Shown: positions 16,638-26,403, counted from the first letter of the stretch. The stretch is DNA of 64,000 bases from Candidatus Iainarchaeum sp. (GCA_043808155.1 JAZDFD010000034.1:739-64738), one strand, 5' to 3'. Numbers and translations are program-made. The notes: generated by a model from the letters alone, not told the origin.

Positions 16638-17030
16638 ATGAAAAAAAGAAAGTTGATAAGGAAAAAGGGAAGTGGACCCCCTGACATAAGACAATTAGAT
16701 GATAAAACAGTGGACTGGTTGAATAAAACTATTAAAAAACATACAAATAAATTTGATATTAAATCACTTCTTAAGACTGAAAAAAAAGGTCGGAACGATT
16801 TTGAAGCAAACCTTGAGAGAATGCATAATAAACAAGTTGAAGAAAATGCAGGAAATGTAGCCAGGGTCGCTACAAAATACGCACTAGATGCAATTGGATT
16901 AAGTGTTCGCGGGGATGCTAAAACCAGAAAAGAAATACATGCAGCAGTTAATACACAGTGGAAAGGCATCATGGATTGTTTATGGGCGGATTATATGAGA
17001 AAAATAGTAAGGGGCAAGTATTTTCTATAA
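16638..17030 (+). CDS. hypothetical protein (130 aa); may continue by frameshift into ORF 16958-17164
   Basis: Two overlapping same-strand ORFs in different frames. An A-run (agaaaaat) lies near 16998-17005. Confidence 0.35.
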   Translation: MKKRKLIRKKGSGPPDIRQLDDKTVDWLNKTIKKHTNKFDIKSLLKTEKKGRNDFEANLERMHNKQVEENAGNVARVATKYALDAIGLSVRGDAKTRKEIHAAVNTQWKGIMDCLWADYMRKIVRGKYFL

Positions 17031-17351
17031 AAAATAAGGAATTTACTCCAGACCATTTTCACAGAATATTTGATAAGGAAATAGAAAGAATTCTTGGGAA
17101 AGCAAAATCCTATTTATTTCGGCAGGAACTTTATAAAAACATAGCTTTGTTGAGTCCTAAATAACATTGTTTTGTTACGAATGAACGTGCTAACCAGCCC
17201 AAAATTTCGCTAAGTACGATTTGGGAGAGTGTACTATTTCGTTACATTCAACATTACAGTAATATTCTCTTTATCATATTCATACTATATATGAATGAAT
17301 CACACAAAGTAAGCTTTTTATTTCCTTTTCAGTTCAATTTAGTTAGATAGT

Positions 17352-18449
17352 TTGCGCTATGTATTAGGAGGAATTTTAATGGTTTATAAAAAATTATTTA
17401 TACCTGGGCCGACACACGTAAGGGATGATGTTTTGCAGAAGCTGGCCACACCTGCAATTGGGCACAGATCAAAAGACTTTTCAGCACTTTATGACAGTAT
17501 TCAGCCGAAGATTCAGAAACTGCTTTACACAAAGAATGTTGTTTATATGGGAACTCATTCAGCAACTGGCTGGATGGAAGCAGCAATAAGAAACTGCGTT
17601 GGAACAAAAGTTCTAAACACAATTAACGGTGCATTTTCAAAAAGATGGAACGGAATTGCAGGAGAATGCGGAAAGGATAATGAAGCAATTAATGTTGAAT
17701 GGGGCAAGGCAATAAAGCCTGAGATGATAAAAGAAAAACTTGAAACAGGAGAATTTGATGCTGTTTGTGTTACGCATAATGAAACCTCAACAGGTGTAAT
17801 GAATCCTCTGGAAGAAATTGCAGAAGTAATGAAAGAATATCCAGATGTTATGTTCATGGTTGATGCAGTTTCAAGTATGTCAGGTGCAAAAATTGAAGTT
17901 GACAAATTAGGAATTGATGTTATTTTGGCATCTGTACAAAAATGCTTTGCGATTTCGCCAGGATTTTCAATTTGTGCAGTAAGTGAAAAAGCTATGGAAA
18001 AATCAAAAGACATGAAAGATAAAGGATATTACTTTGATTACTGGGCATTTGACAAATACCATAAAAAATCACAGACACCAACTACGCCAAGTACACCGCA
18101 CATGTTTGCATTAGATTATCAGTTAGACAGAATTTTTGAAGAAGGTGCAGAAAACAGATTTGCAAGACATAAAAAAATGGCAAACTATGTACGCGGCTGG
18201 GTAAAAAATAACTTTGAAATGTTTGCAGAACTAGGTTACGAATCATTAACAGTTACAACTGCAACAAACACCAAAGGAATTTCAGTAGCAGACCTTAACA
18301 GCAAATTAGGTGAACGCGGATTCATGATTTCAAACGGTTACGGTGACTTAAAAGAAAAAACGTTCAGAATTGCACACATGGGTGATTTGCAAATTGCTGA
18401 CCTGAAAGAAGTTATTGAAAACATTGAAGACATTCTGGAGATGAAGTAA
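17352..18449 (+). CDS. class V aminotransferase (AGXT/phosphoserine aminotransferase type); likely start ATG 17379 (MVYKK)
   Basis: FIPGPT N-terminus, THNETSTG, DAVSS, PLP-lysine context SVQKCFA. Directly followed by a serA-like gene. Confidence 0.8.
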   Translation: MRYVLGGILMVYKKLFIPGPTHVRDDVLQKLATPAIGHRSKDFSALYDSIQPKIQKLLYTKNVVYMGTHSATGWMEAAIRNCVGTKVLNTINGAFSKRWNGIAGECGKDNEAINVEWGKAIKPEMIKEKLETGEFDAVCVTHNETSTGVMNPLEEIAEVMKEYPDVMFMVDAVSSMSGAKIEVDKLGIDVILASVQKCFAISPGFSICAVSEKAMEKSKDMKDKGYYFDYWAFDKYHKKSQTPTTPSTPHMFALDYQLDRIFEEGAENRFARHKKMANYVRGWVKNNFEMFAELGYESLTVTTATNTKGISVADLNSKLGERGFMISNGYGDLKEKTFRIAHMGDLQIADLKEVIENIEDILEMK

Positions 18450-18450
18450 A

Positions 18451-19410
18451 ATGGCAAAAGTATTGATTTGTGATGCACTCCCTTCAAACGGAGAAGAAAT
18501 TCTAAAGAACGCAGGAATTGAGGTAACTGTAAAAACAGGTTTAAGTGAAGAAGAACTTGTAAAAACAGTTCCTGAATTTGATGGGGTTGTTGTTAGAAGT
18601 GCAACAAAAATAACACGACCTATAATTGAAGCTGCTTCAGGCAAACTGAAGGCAGTTGCAAGAGCAGGTGCGGGAACGGATAACATTGATAAAGATGCAG
18701 CATCGGAACACGGAGTTTATGTTTTCAATACTCCGGGTGAAAATAGTAATGCTGCTTGCGAGCAAACACTTGCTTTGTTACTTTCAATGCTCAGACATAC
18801 TGCAGCAGCAGATGCTTCAATGAAAGCTGGCAGATGGGACAAAAAACTCTACAAAGGAACAGAAATTAAAGGAAAGAAAGTTGGAGTTATTGGAACAGGC
18901 TTAATTGGTTTAGATGTTGCAAAAAGACTCAAAGCATTTGAAGCAGAGATTTTAGTCTCGGATCCGTATGTTAAAAAAGAAACAATTGAAGCATTGGGCA
19001 TGAGATATGTTAAGCTTGAAACACTAATAAAAGAAGCAGACATCATAACAATTCACGTTCCCAAAAATGATGAAACAACAAACATGATTAGCAAAGAACA
19101 ATTTGCACAAATGAAAGATGGTGTAAGAATTGTTAATTGTGCAAGAGGCGGAATCATTAATGAAGCAGACTTGATTGAAGCTTTGGATTCGGGAAAGGTC
19201 GCGGGTGCAGCACTTGATGTGTATTCAAGCGAACCTCCTGAAAACTGGGCACTTGCAAAACATGCAAAAGTTACTGCAACTCCGCACTTAGGTGCTTCTA
19301 CTGTTGAAGCAGGTTTGAATGTTTCAAGAGCTGCAGCAGAATATTTAGTTGAAGCTTTGAATACGAGTAATTTTGAAAGAGCTTTAAATTTTGACAAAAT
19401 CAGCAAATAA
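18451..19410 (+). CDS. serA: D-3-phosphoglycerate dehydrogenase-like 2-hydroxyacid dehydrogenase (short form, no ACT domain)
   Basis: NAD fold GVIGTGLIGLDVAKRL, NCARGG, DV...EP, PHLGAST. Confidence 0.75.
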   Translation: MAKVLICDALPSNGEEILKNAGIEVTVKTGLSEEELVKTVPEFDGVVVRSATKITRPIIEAASGKLKAVARAGAGTDNIDKDAASEHGVYVFNTPGENSNAACEQTLALLLSMLRHTAAADASMKAGRWDKKLYKGTEIKGKKVGVIGTGLIGLDVAKRLKAFEAEILVSDPYVKKETIEALGMRYVKLETLIKEADIITIHVPKNDETTNMISKEQFAQMKDGVRIVNCARGGIINEADLIEALDSGKVAGAALDVYSSEPPENWALAKHAKVTATPHLGASTVEAGLNVSRAAAEYLVEALNTSNFERALNFDKISK

Positions 19411-19465
19411 TGCTGATTTTCTTTTTCTTTATTTTTGAGAAATAAATAATAATACTAACCACATA

Positions 19466-21379
19466 ATGTATTGCATGATGAAGAAATTTTTAGTCATGTT
19501 TGTACTGCTGATGGCTTTCAGTACTGTTAATGCTGATTCATTCTCATTTGAAAGCGCGTCCAATAATTATGTGATTAATTCTGATGGTTCAATTAACGTA
19601 ACTGAAAATATGACAATTAATTTTTATGACCAATTTTCAGAAGATTACAGGGAAATTCCTCTTGACGGAATTCAGATAAGTGATATTGCAGTTTATTCAG
19701 GAACTGCAAAATTGAATCACAGAACTAAAAATATTTCAAACGGAATTGAAATTTCATGGGATTTGAGCAGGGCTATGAAACAAAGTTTCAGAATTGAATA
19801 TACTCTGAAAAATGCACTGAATGTTTATGACGATGTTGCGGAATTTAATGCAAAAGTCTGGGGCGATCAATGGACTGTTTCTTTAAATAATCTTACAGGA
19901 AAAATTGCACTTCCAGGGAGTGTAACAAAAGCAGAAGACGTCTACACTTTTGGGCATCCTCAAATGGAAGGAACTATAAGACTGCAGAATTACAAAGATG
20001 TTGTTTATAGTCTGAATAATATTCCAGCTGAACAGTGGGTTGAAGTAAGGGTTATTTTTCCGCGTGAATTATTGCAAAGTACTTCGGGTGCAAAAGTAAT
20101 TGCAGGAAATGGTTTGCAAAAAATTCTCGATGAGGAAAATCAGCTTGGTTTGTTTGGAATTTTGGGGGTAATTGTTTTTTGGGTTTTGAATCCTGTTGTT
20201 ATTGCAATTGTGTTTTTTGTAATACTTTGGTTTTTGTATGGAAGGGAACCGAAAGTTGATTATTCGGGAATTTATGAAAGAGATTTGCCTTACAAATATG
20301 CGCCTTCAGTTGTTGGTGCTCTTATTAATCAGGATACGCAGGAACCTGAACAGAAAGATTTTGTTGCTGATTTGCTGAATGTTTGTTTGAAGGGAGTGCT
20401 GAAATTAAAACAGATTCCCAATGAGAAAAATGATTTTGAAATTATGAAAATAAGAGAACCCAAAGCAGGGGAACTTTCAGAACCTGAAAGAATTGTTTAT
20501 GATTTTGTGAATCAGGAAATGATTAATGGAAAAACTAAATTTTCAGAATTGGAAAAGTTTGCAAAAAACTCCCCTAAAAAAGCGTCAGAATTTTTCAAAA
20601 AATGGAATGACTCTTCTAAAAAATATGCAATTGATCAGGGGTTTTTCACAAATCAGAGGGCACAGAGTTTTTATTGGGGGATGTTAACTGTGTTTGGGGC
20701 GATTGGATTAATTTTGGTATTGTCTGATTCCGCGTATATATTTTTGGTTATGATTGGAGTAATTATAAGTGCCTTTAAACGAATTATTAATTTGTCCGCA
20801 CCTTATTTTATTATAGGGTTACTTATTACTGGCAGTATTATGTTTGTGCGAGGACTGTTAATTACCCCTTCAGAAATAACATTAATACCTGGCTTTGGGA
20901 TTAGTATTTCGTTGGTTGAACTTCTTGCGGCTTTTGTTGTGGGGAGTATGTTGCTGAAATTTTTCAGGCAAGCATTACCTGCAAGAACAACAAAAGGTGC
21001 TTTGCATTATGAGAAATGGATGAAGTTCAAGGCGTTTTTGCAGGATTTTTCTGAAATGAAAACAGTTCCGCCTGAAGCAATAATTCTGTGGGAGCAGTTT
21101 TTGGTTTATGCGATTCCTTTAGGAGTTGCAGATGAGGTTGAAAAATCAATGAATATTGTTTTCAAAGATTATGAAGTAAATAATTCAAATATTTTCTATG
21201 GACCCGTGTACTTCAGTGCATTTGCATTCAGACCGTTTAATAAATTTTCAACTGCGGTGGGAGCTGCAGCAGCTGCGGGAATGAAAACCTCAGGGAGTGG
21301 GGGCTTCAGAGGAGGCGGATTTGGGGGAGGCTTCGGCGGTGGCGGTGGTTTTGGAGGCGGTGGCGGTGGCTTCCGTTAA
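19466..21379 (+). CDS. DUF2207-family membrane protein with C-terminal Gly/Phe-rich tail
   Basis: Signal-like N-terminus, central and C-terminal TM helices, tail GGFRGGGFGGGFGGGGGFGGGGGGFR. Convergent with lemA. Confidence 0.65.
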   Translation: MYCMMKKFLVMFVLLMAFSTVNADSFSFESASNNYVINSDGSINVTENMTINFYDQFSEDYREIPLDGIQISDIAVYSGTAKLNHRTKNISNGIEISWDLSRAMKQSFRIEYTLKNALNVYDDVAEFNAKVWGDQWTVSLNNLTGKIALPGSVTKAEDVYTFGHPQMEGTIRLQNYKDVVYSLNNIPAEQWVEVRVIFPRELLQSTSGAKVIAGNGLQKILDEENQLGLFGILGVIVFWVLNPVVIAIVFFVILWFLYGREPKVDYSGIYERDLPYKYAPSVVGALINQDTQEPEQKDFVADLLNVCLKGVLKLKQIPNEKNDFEIMKIREPKAGELSEPERIVYDFVNQEMINGKTKFSELEKFAKNSPKKASEFFKKWNDSSKKYAIDQGFFTNQRAQSFYWGMLTVFGAIGLILVLSDSAYIFLVMIGVIISAFKRIINLSAPYFIIGLLITGSIMFVRGLLITPSEITLIPGFGISISLVELLAAFVVGSMLLKFFRQALPARTTKGALHYEKWMKFKAFLQDFSEMKTVPPEAIILWEQFLVYAIPLGVADEVEKSMNIVFKDYEVNNSNIFYGPVYFSAFAFRPFNKFSTAVGAAAAAGMKTSGSGGFRGGGFGGGFGGGGGFGGGGGGFR

Positions 21380-21409
21380 ATAGAAAATAAAAAAAGAAAA
21401 ATAAAAGAA

Positions 21410-21976
21410 TTAGAAGCTGACTTTCGGAGCTTCTTTTTGTTCTGTTGCAGTTTTGAAAAAGTCTCTTTCTTTGAAATTGAACATTCCGGCAATAAGATTT
21501 GCAGGGAACATCTGGATTCTGTTGTGATATTTCAGAACAGTATCATTGTAAAATTGTCTTGCAAATGCAATTTTATCTTCAATTTCAGTAAGCTGTGATT
21601 GCAGATTTAAGAAATTCTGATTTGCTTTAAGTTCGGGGTAATTTTCAACAACTGCAAACAGTGATTTCAGAGTTTGGGTCAGCATATTTGCGGCTTCTGC
21701 TTTTTCTGCGGTTGTTGTTGCGGATGCTGTTGCTGCTCTTGCTCTTGTTACGTTTTCAAAAGTTGTTTTTTCGTGTTTTGCATAGCCCTTTACTGTTTCA
21801 ACTAAATTAGGGATTAAATCATATCTCTTTTTCAGCTGAACGTCAATCTGCGCCATTGCATTTTCAATACGATTTCTTAGACCAATCAAGCTGTTGTATG
21901 TTACAATAACAAATCCAATAACTGCGAGTACCAGAATTATTATCAGAACAACAAGTCCGATTAAGATTAAGTCCAT
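21410..21976 (-). CDS. lemA: LemA family protein
   Basis: N-terminal TM helix, then [44 protein letters not shown] and ENYPELKAN motifs. Confidence 0.85.
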   Translation of the reverse strand: MDLILIGLVVLIIILVLAVIGFVIVTYNSLIGLRNRIENAMAQIDVQLKKRYDLIPNLVETVKGYAKHEKTTFENVTRARAATASATTTAEKAEAANMLTQTLKSLFAVVENYPELKANQNFLNLQSQLTEIEDKIAFARQFYNDTVLKYHNRIQMFPANLIAGMFNFKERDFFKTATEQKEAPKVSF

Positions 21977-22051
21977 ATTAAATCCTCCTTAACTAATAAT
22001 TATCTAATAAAAGAACATATATATAAAGATAAGTTAGACGCGTTTTGTGAT

Positions 22052-23122
22052 TTGATGAATGAAAATGAAAAGTTTATGAAACTTGCATTGAAACTTGCTG
22101 AGAAAGGCAGGGGAAACGTGAGCCCTAACCCAATGGTTGGCTGTGTGATTGTAAAAAACAGGAGAATTGTTGGCAAGGGATTTCACGAAAAGTATGGTGA
22201 CGCTCATGCTGAAATTAATGCATTAAAAGATGCAGAAAATAAAGCAAAGAATTCTGAAATGTATGTTACTTTAGAACCCTGTTGTCATTATGGGAAAACC
22301 CCGCCTTGTGCTGATGCAATAATTAGTGCGGGTGTAAAAAAAGTTTTTATTGCAATGAAAGACCCAAATCCGAAAGTAAATGGGAAAGGAATTGCAAAAC
22401 TTGTGAGAAAGGGAATTGCAATTGATATCGGAAGTTTGAAACATGATGCTAGAAAATTGAATTCAGCATATATTAAAAGAGTGGGGGGAAAACATGCTTT
22501 TGTTTGTTTGAAAATTGCGATGAGTGTAAATGGAAAAATTTCCTATGGCAATGGTAAAGGAAAGAAGATTACTGGTGACGAGAGCAAACAAAGAGTTCAT
22601 GAATTAAGAAATGAATATGATGCAATTCTTGTTGGGCGAAATACAGTTGTGAAAGATAATCCAAAATTGACTTGTAGAATTAAGGGTTGTAAAAATCCTG
22701 TAAGAATTGTGCTCGATTCCGAATTGAAACTTAAAGGAACAGAACATATTTTCAGGGAGCAGGGAGAAGTGATAATTGCGGTTACGCAGGGAGCAAGTAA
22801 AAAGAAAATAAAGAAATTTGAAAATAAAGCAGAGATTGTGATTTGCAAATCTAAAAACAAAAAAGTTGATTTGAAAGATTTGATGAAAAAATTAGAAAAA
22901 TATGAAATTGGAAGTATTTTAGTTGAAGGCGGGCGTGAAATTAATGAATCATTTTTGAAATCAGGCGTAATTGATAAAATAATGCTTTTTGTTTCCCCCA
23001 ATGTGATTAAAGGGAAATCACTTGAAGCATTTGATTGGAAATTGCTGGATAAATTTCAGTTGGAAAATGCAAAAGTTGAAAAACTCGGAAATGATATTTT
23101 AATTGAAGGTTGTTTGAAGTGA
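22052..23122 (+). CDS. ribD: bifunctional riboflavin biosynthesis protein RibD (pyrimidine deaminase + reductase)
   Basis: Deaminase zinc motifs HAEINAL and PCCHYGKTPPC. C-terminal reductase-like domain with VEGG. Confidence 0.85.
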   Translation: MMNENEKFMKLALKLAEKGRGNVSPNPMVGCVIVKNRRIVGKGFHEKYGDAHAEINALKDAENKAKNSEMYVTLEPCCHYGKTPPCADAIISAGVKKVFIAMKDPNPKVNGKGIAKLVRKGIAIDIGSLKHDARKLNSAYIKRVGGKHAFVCLKIAMSVNGKISYGNGKGKKITGDESKQRVHELRNEYDAILVGRNTVVKDNPKLTCRIKGCKNPVRIVLDSELKLKGTEHIFREQGEVIIAVTQGASKKKIKKFENKAEIVICKSKNKKVDLKDLMKKLEKYEIGSILVEGGREINESFLKSGVIDKIMLFVSPNVIKGKSLEAFDWKLLDKFQLENAKVEKLGNDILIEGCLK

Positions 23123-23126
23123 GAAT

Positions 23127-23438
23127 ATGAAACGCGATAATAAAGGAAAAAATTTCGTTGCGAAAATAGCTCTGGAAAGGATTTACAGACTGTTTGAGTT
23201 AGCTGATGCTGAAAAAGATAAAACACGCACTAAAAGATATGTTGAGCTTGCGAGGAAGATTGCTACGCGGAACAGAGTAAGAATTCCGCAGGAGCTGAAA
23301 AAGAAGTTCTGCAAAAAGTGCGGCGCATTTCTGAAACAGGGAGTTAACTCTAAAATCAGAGTTACAAAAAGTTATTTATGTGTCACTTGCAAAGAATGCG
23401 AAAATGTAAAAAAAATCAGCCTCAAGGCTTTTAAATAA
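23127..23438 (+). CDS. rnp4: RNase P protein component 4 (Rpp21/Rpr2)
   Basis: ERIYRLFELA, RYVELARKIATRNRVRIP, zinc ribbon CKKCGAFL...CKEC. Confidence 0.75.
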   Translation: MKRDNKGKNFVAKIALERIYRLFELADAEKDKTRTKRYVELARKIATRNRVRIPQELKKKFCKKCGAFLKQGVNSKIRVTKSYLCVTCKECENVKKISLKAFK

Positions 23439-23456
23439 TAAAAGAGTAATTGGGAT

Positions 23457-23645
23457 ATGAGAAAATTCATTCTTATTTTTAGTATGCTGGTTTTATTGAA
23501 TAGTGTTTATGCAGCTATTGATACACAGGGGAATAATGAAACTCTTTTTCTCGGGGGGTTGGGGCTTGCACTTGTTTTGATTATTATTGTGGTTCTTGGA
23601 TTTTTCATTTATTTCTTCATGAGGAAAAAGAAGGCGGAGTTTTAA
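23457..23645 (+). CDS. small secreted/membrane protein (62 aa)
   Basis: Signal-like N-terminus and one C-terminal TM helix followed by RKKKAEF. Confidence 0.4.
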   Translation: MRKFILIFSMLVLLNSVYAAIDTQGNNETLFLGGLGLALVLIIIVVLGFFIYFFMRKKKAEF

Positions 23646-23760
23646 CCTAATAAATAGCTTTATAAAGCTTATTTAAGCGAAGTATTACACTGCTTCTTTT
23701 TAGAGGCTGTAGAACAAAGTCCAAACCCGGGACAACCCTGAAAAGGGAAGAGGTGAGAAA

Positions 23761-24450
23761 TTGGGTGTATATGATGTTCCAGCAACAATGCTGATAAATG
23801 AAATAGCAAAAGAATTCAAAGAACAAAATATTTTGAAAGAGCCAGACTTTACAAGATTTGTTAAAACAGGTGCGCACAGAGAGCGCGCTCCCTTGAGAGA
23901 AGACTGGTGGTATGTGAGAAGTGCAGCACTTCTTTACAGAATATTTAAGGACGGTCCAGTAGGAACTGAAAGACTTAGAACATACTACGGCGGAAAAAGA
24001 AACCGCGGTGTTAAACCTGAGAAATTCAAAAAAGCATCAGGAAAAATAATCAGGTCTTGTCTACAGGAACTTGAAAAAGCAGGTTATGTTAAAAAAGCCA
24101 AAAAGGGCCGGGCAATAACTCCCAAAGGTCAGAGTTATTTGAATACAATTTCAAAGAAACTTATGCCTGAGTGGAATGAACAGGTGAAGAAAACAAAGGA
24201 CATAAAACCAAGAACTTTCGTAACCTCAAAACAGGCAGATTTTAAAAAAGAAATTAAAACAGAACACAGAGAAAAGGTTCAGATGGAAAAACCCCAAGAG
24301 AAAAAAGAATTTAGAAAAGATGCTGAACCAAAACAAATGGTTCAGATAGCAAAACCAAATGTGAAAACAGAGGCGAGAATAGAACCTGAACCCAAACAAT
24401 TAAAGGAGGCCACACAAGCAGATCAGACTGAGGCAACTGAAGAGATGTGA
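23761..24450 (+). CDS. rps19e: ribosomal protein S19e (eS19) with about 80-aa Lys/Glu-rich C-terminal extension (TTG start)
   Basis: VYDVPA..LI..IA, FVKTGAHRERAP, DWWYVRSAALLYRI, YGG.RNRGV.P..F.KASG. Confidence 0.85.
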   Translation: MGVYDVPATMLINEIAKEFKEQNILKEPDFTRFVKTGAHRERAPLREDWWYVRSAALLYRIFKDGPVGTERLRTYYGGKRNRGVKPEKFKKASGKIIRSCLQELEKAGYVKKAKKGRAITPKGQSYLNTISKKLMPEWNEQVKKTKDIKPRTFVTSKQADFKKEIKTEHREKVQMEKPQEKKEFRKDAEPKQMVQIAKPNVKTEARIEPEPKQLKEATQADQTEATEEM

Positions 24451-24456
24451 TTTTGT

Positions 24457-24756
24457 ATGGATGAATTAGAAGCAATCAAACAAAAGAAACTCGAACAGAT
24501 GCAGCAGCAGAACCAGCAGCTTGAAATTGAAGCAAAGCTTGATGAGGTTGCCAGAAAAATTCTGACACCAGAAGCAAAAGCAAGGCTGGGAAATGTGAAA
24601 CTTGTGAACAGGGAACTTTACATTAATGCAATTCAAACTTTGCTTTATCTGTATCAGCAGGGTCAGATTCAAAGCAAAATTGATGAAGCAGATTTAAAGT
24701 TACTCCTTGAAAAAATAAGAGCAGGAAAAAGGGAAATCAGCATAACAAGAAAATAA
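24457..24756 (+). CDS. PDCD5/TFAR19-type DNA-binding protein
   Basis: ILTPEAKARLGNVKLVN...LL.L.QQGQI..KI.E..L..LLEKI. Conserved position after S19e. Confidence 0.75.
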   Translation: MDELEAIKQKKLEQMQQQNQQLEIEAKLDEVARKILTPEAKARLGNVKLVNRELYINAIQTLLYLYQQGQIQSKIDEADLKLLLEKIRAGKREISITRK

Positions 24757-24799
24757 TGAGAAAATGATTGATGAAGATATAATTTTGATGGTGTGAGAT

Positions 24800-25144
24800 A
24801 TGACAAGTAACAAAAGTTCAGAAAAAAAAGAATTTTTTATTTCAATAAGAAAAAAAGTAGGTCCTGGACTTACTAATGCCCCTGTTTGGGTTTTACAAAA
24901 AGCAGGAAAAAGAATATGGAACCCCAAAAGAAAAAGAAGCTGGGGAGACGCAGACTTTGGAAAGCAGTTTGAAACTCTGAAAACAGCAGAGAAAAGAGCA
25001 AAAGTTAAAGGAAGAAAACACGGGACAAAGAAAATCCCTCTTTCAAAGACATCCCACAAGGGAAAGAAAACTGCAAAAAGAATAAACAAAAGAAAAAAAC
25101 CAACAAAGCAAAGGGTTAAAATAAACAAATCAAAGGGTAAGTGA
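24800..25144 (+). CDS. rpl39e: ribosomal protein L39e (eL39) with Lys-rich C-terminal extension
   Basis: The core NAPVWVLQKAGKRIWNPKRKRSW resembles eL39 (PVWV..K....HPKRR.W). Conserved cluster position. Confidence 0.7.
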   Translation: MTSNKSSEKKEFFISIRKKVGPGLTNAPVWVLQKAGKRIWNPKRKRSWGDADFGKQFETLKTAEKRAKVKGRKHGTKKIPLSKTSHKGKKTAKRINKRKKPTKQRVKINKSKGK

Positions 25145-25149
25145 TTTAG

Positions 25150-25734
25150 ATGGCAGATAAAAAAGATGATAAAAAAGTAAAAGCACAAACTGAGAAGAAA
25201 TCAGAGAAAAAAGAAATCACGGCAGATAAAAAAGCAGAATCTAAACCCCTTGCTGCAAAAGCAAAGGAAAAATTTGCAAGACCCAAAGAAACTAAAAAGA
25301 AGGAAGAAAAAATAATTGAAAAAAAATACAGACTTCCGCTCAAAAGCGTTTATTCTGCAACAAGACATAAAAGAACAGTGAGAGCAATCACTGCAGTTAA
25401 AAGATTTATGGCAAAACATGCGAGAGCAAAACCAGAAGATGTTTTGATTTCTCCAAAGTTAAATGAATATATCTGGAGCAGAGGCAGGGAACATCCCCCA
25501 AAATATGCAGATGTTAAAATAATCATTGCAGAAGGAAAAACAAATGTTTATTTGCAAAATGAAAAAGTAATAGCAAAAACTGAAAAGAAGTCAGAGAAAA
25601 AAGATATTAAAACAGATAAAAAAACTGAAGAAGAAAAAGAAGCTGAAGCAAAACTGGAAAAGAAAAAGCAGGATAAAAAAACCATGGAACTGTCAGCAGA
25701 TAAAGCCGCAATGAAGAAGGGTATTCAGAAGTGA
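25150..25734 (+). CDS. rpl31e: ribosomal protein L31e (eL31) with Lys/Glu-rich N- and C-terminal extensions
   Basis: Core is YRLPLKSVYSATRHKRTVRAITAVKRFMAKHA...ISPKLNEYIWSRGREHPP. Confidence 0.8.
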   Translation: MADKKDDKKVKAQTEKKSEKKEITADKKAESKPLAAKAKEKFARPKETKKKEEKIIEKKYRLPLKSVYSATRHKRTVRAITAVKRFMAKHARAKPEDVLISPKLNEYIWSRGREHPPKYADVKIIIAEGKTNVYLQNEKVIAKTEKKSEKKDIKTDKKTEEEKEAEAKLEKKKQDKKTMELSADKAAMKKGIQK

Positions 25735-25738
25735 AATC

Positions 25739-26401
25739 ATGGAAATTGAAAAAGCCACTTTAATTGGCAGCCCATATGTGGGGATTTTTTCAGTTTTGAC
25801 AGATAAGATGTGTTTGTTGCCAGTTACTGAAAGCAAAGAAAAAGTGAAATTTGTATCAGATTTTTTTGATATTGAGATTTTCCAGGCAAATATTGCAAAT
25901 TCTGCTCTTTTGGGAATTTTTGCTGCAGGTAACAAAAAAGGATTTGTTATTTCAAATATTATTGAAGAATATGAAATGATAATTTTTGAAAATGCAGGTA
26001 TTAAAGTAATGAAAGTTCCTGAAATTATTGCAGTCGGAAATTTATCAGAATTCACTGACAGCAAAGGTTTTTGTTCACGGGCTTTTTCAGAAAAAACAAA
26101 AGAAAAAATTTCAAAATTTTTAGGAATTGATATTCAGTATGCAGAAATTGCAGAATCAGATTTGATTGGGTCAAGTCTTGTTGCAACAAACAACGGATTC
26201 ATTATGAACCCAAATGCATCAAAAAAAGAATTTAATAAAATCAGCAAAGGATTAGGAGTTTATGGCACAGCAGGAACTGCAAATTATGGAGATGTTTTTG
26301 TAGGTAATTCAATTATTGCTAATACAAACAGCGCAATTGTTGGAATTCAAACATCAGGACACGAACTGATAAAAATAGATGAAGGATTAAGAGGTGAATA
26401 A
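25739..26401 (+). CDS. eif6: translation initiation factor 6 (aIF6)
   Basis: GSPYVGIFSVLTD, five-fold pseudo-repeat with N..A.VG-like segments. Size 220 aa. Cluster position. Confidence 0.85.
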   Translation: MEIEKATLIGSPYVGIFSVLTDKMCLLPVTESKEKVKFVSDFFDIEIFQANIANSALLGIFAAGNKKGFVISNIIEEYEMIIFENAGIKVMKVPEIIAVGNLSEFTDSKGFCSRAFSEKTKEKISKFLGIDIQYAEIAESDLIGSSLVATNNGFIMNPNASKKEFNKISKGLGVYGTAGTANYGDVFVGNSIIANTNSAIVGIQTSGHELIKIDEGLRGE

Positions 26402-26403
26402 AA

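Noticed and set aside
24700-25419. Antisense and alternative-frame ORFs over the L39e/L31e genes
   Set aside because: They are by-products of AAG/AAA-rich Lys-tail coding sequence. The ribosomal protein frames carry recognisable conserved cores.
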